Of a stretch of DNA of 64,000 nucleotides, positions 62,426 through 64,000 are shown in pieces. The notes below the pieces were generated by a model. That model was not told where the DNA came from. It saw only the letters and a program-made list of their open reading frames with translations, and did not search any database. This DNA is from Bacilli bacterium. Its GTDB lineage: Bacteria > Bacillota_I > Bacilli_A > RFN20 > CAG-631. The stretch lies in NCBI GenBank assembly GCA_900754115.1, contig CAAEBM010000057.1:73000-136999 (forward strand), written 5' to 3'. The stretch's first letter is position 1. Each line of letters starts with the position of its first letter. The position numbers were made by a program, and so were the translations under genes.

Positions 62426-63031
62426 ATGAAAAAGAAATATTTATCATTTTCATTACTTGCTTCATTTTTATTACTTTTAGGTGGATGTGATTCGTCTAAA
62501 GAAGAAATTTGTGACATGGAAAAAGTTCAGTATGTTGAACAACTTATTGCTGATTTACCCACACCATCTACAGATAATGAAGTAGTTTCAACCATTTTTG
62601 ATGCAAAAGAAGCATATGACGACTTAAATAAAAAAGAAAAAGATATGGTGGAAAACTACACATCCCTTGAATCTTGTATTGAAGAAATTTACTCATTTGT
62701 CACCGAAAATGGAAGTTATTCAACAAAATATGAAGTCGCTTTGTATATCTTTTTATATGATGATTTACCTAGTAATTATATTACAAAATCGGAAGCAGAA
62801 GCTTTAGGTTGGAACGGTGGAAGTTTGTGGAATTATGCTGAAGGTAAAAGCATTGGTGGCGATCGTTTTTATAACCGAGAAGGATTATTACCAAATGGTG
62901 TTTATTATGAATGCGATATCGGTTATAAAGGAGAAAATTCTAGAAATGCCTTTAGAATTGTTTATAGTTTAATCAGTGATACTGTTTATTATACTCATGA
63001 CCATTATAGTAGCTTTGAACAACTTTATTAA
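62426..63031 (+). CDS. lipoprotein with a barnase-family (guanyl-specific microbial RNase) catalytic domain
   Basis: Lipobox LLLLGGC. The C-terminal 105 aa align with barnase: LPSNYITKSEAEALGW / GKSIGGDRFYNREGLLP / RNAFRIVYS...YYTHDHYSSF against LPDNYITKSEAQALGW / GKSIGGDIFSNREGKLP / RNSDRILYSSDWLIYKTTDHYQTF. The catalytic Lys, Glu, Arg and His are conserved. Confidence 0.8.
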   Translation: MKKKYLSFSLLASFLLLLGGCDSSKEEICDMEKVQYVEQLIADLPTPSTDNEVVSTIFDAKEAYDDLNKKEKDMVENYTSLESCIEEIYSFVTENGSYSTKYEVALYIFLYDDLPSNYITKSEAEALGWNGGSLWNYAEGKSIGGDRFYNREGLLPNGVYYECDIGYKGENSRNAFRIVYSLISDTVYYTHDHYSSFEQLY

Positions 63032-63051
63032 ATTAAAAAGGAGGAACAAAA

Positions 63052-63960
63052 ATGAGTAAAATTTTTGTGGTAGGCAGTATTAATGTCGATTATGTCATGG
63101 AAATTTCTCATTTACCTCAATTAGGAGAAACACTTCCTGGAACTTCTTTTTTGACAAATTTTGGAGGAAAAGGAGCCAATCAAGCAGTTGCTTTAGCAAA
63201 GCAAGAAGAAGACGTCTATTTCATTGCTAATGTTGGAAATGACTCAATAGGACAAGAAGCGATTGAAAATTTAAATCAATACGGCGTTCATACTGAATTT
63301 ATTCAAAAAATAGATAATCAAACCACAGGGGCAGCACTGATTTTAGTAGAAAATCATAATAATCGCATTTTATTACACGCAGGAGCTAATCAAAAAATGC
63401 AACAGAACCAAATTTTAGAAGCATTTAAATTAGCTAATCCTGAGGATTATCTTTTAGTGCAATTAGAAATTAATATGGATATGGTTTATTATGCAATCCA
63501 AGAAGCAAAGAAAAGAAAAATGCATGTAGTCATGAATCCTGCTCCTGCACAAAGTATTGCTGACAAAATACTTGATTTAATCGATATTTTAATTGTAAAT
63601 GAAATTGAATGCAAAATGTTAACTGGGTATGATTATACTCAAGAAAATGAACTCAATGCTTTTTTAAAAAATCATTCCATTTCTATTTTTATTGTAACAT
63701 TAGGCGAAAAAGGAGCGCATGTATTTACTTTAAACAATAAATACCAATTCGATGCACACCTTGTTCATGTAAAGGATACTACTGCAGCAGGAGATACTTT
63801 TATTGGTGCTTTCTTATCCGAATGGATACATAGTAATGATTTGAAAAAAAGTGCTCAATATGCAATTATAGCTAGTGCTTTAAGTTGCATGACATTGGGA
63901 GCACAAAAAAGTATTAAAAATCGTCAAGAAATTCAAAAATATATTTTAACTCATCTTTAA
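63052..63960 (+). CDS. rbsK: ribokinase (PfkB family)
   Basis: MSKIFVVGSINVDYV, NFGGKGANQAVA, DTTAAGDTFIGAF (anion hole and catalytic Asp). AAGGAGG RBS. Confidence 0.85.
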   Translation: MSKIFVVGSINVDYVMEISHLPQLGETLPGTSFLTNFGGKGANQAVALAKQEEDVYFIANVGNDSIGQEAIENLNQYGVHTEFIQKIDNQTTGAALILVENHNNRILLHAGANQKMQQNQILEAFKLANPEDYLLVQLEINMDMVYYAIQEAKKRKMHVVMNPAPAQSIADKILDLIDILIVNEIECKMLTGYDYTQENELNAFLKNHSISIFIVTLGEKGAHVFTLNNKYQFDAHLVHVKDTTAAGDTFIGAFLSEWIHSNDLKKSAQYAIIASALSCMTLGAQKSIKNRQEIQKYILTHL

Positions 63961-64000
63961 CTTGCTATTTTCATTTTTTATGATATAGTTAAGTTACGTG

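Overview
The window is 64 kb of low-GC (about 30 percent) Bacillota chromosome. It uses the standard genetic code: TGA serves as a stop codon, for example in the ATGA overlap at 7245-7248. The organism is probably an Erysipelotrichia-like Firmicute with many LxxC lipoproteins; that placement is inference only. About 60 coding genes are packed densely on both strands. The backbone is Bacillus-like housekeeping synteny: ylxM-ffh-rpsP-KH protein-rimM-trmD-rplS ... lepB-rbgA-rnhB-dprA-topA-trmFO-xerC-hsp20; ftsY-rnc-plsX; pcrA-ligA. There is also a biotin and Na+ decarboxylase module (pckA-oadA-oadG-BCCP-oadB-birA / bioY). One tRNA-Ser(GCU) sits next to an AT-rich accessory region. The main non-housekeeping content is as follows. 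(1) A self-contained three-gene minus-strand operon at 3712-8690 matches the TerB-like + DUF2791/BrxD-like ATPase + Lhr/BrxHI-like helicase architecture (Shango-like anti-phage system). An orphan multidomain LigD (PE-Lig-Pol) lies beside it with no ku in view. (2) Two lipoproteins carry barnase-family ribonuclease domains. One is embedded in a purine permease-RNase-ribokinase operon. No barstar is visible. (3) hflX is interrupted by a single-base frameshift in a homopolymer. (4) hsp20 has a sigma-A promoter bracketed by two CIRCE (HrcA) operators. (5) An intrinsic-terminator attenuator sits in the uracil permease leader. (6) A repeated hairpin element flanks a gene in an AT-rich island next to tRNA-Ser. 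No CRISPR array, IS element, integrase or rRNA was seen.
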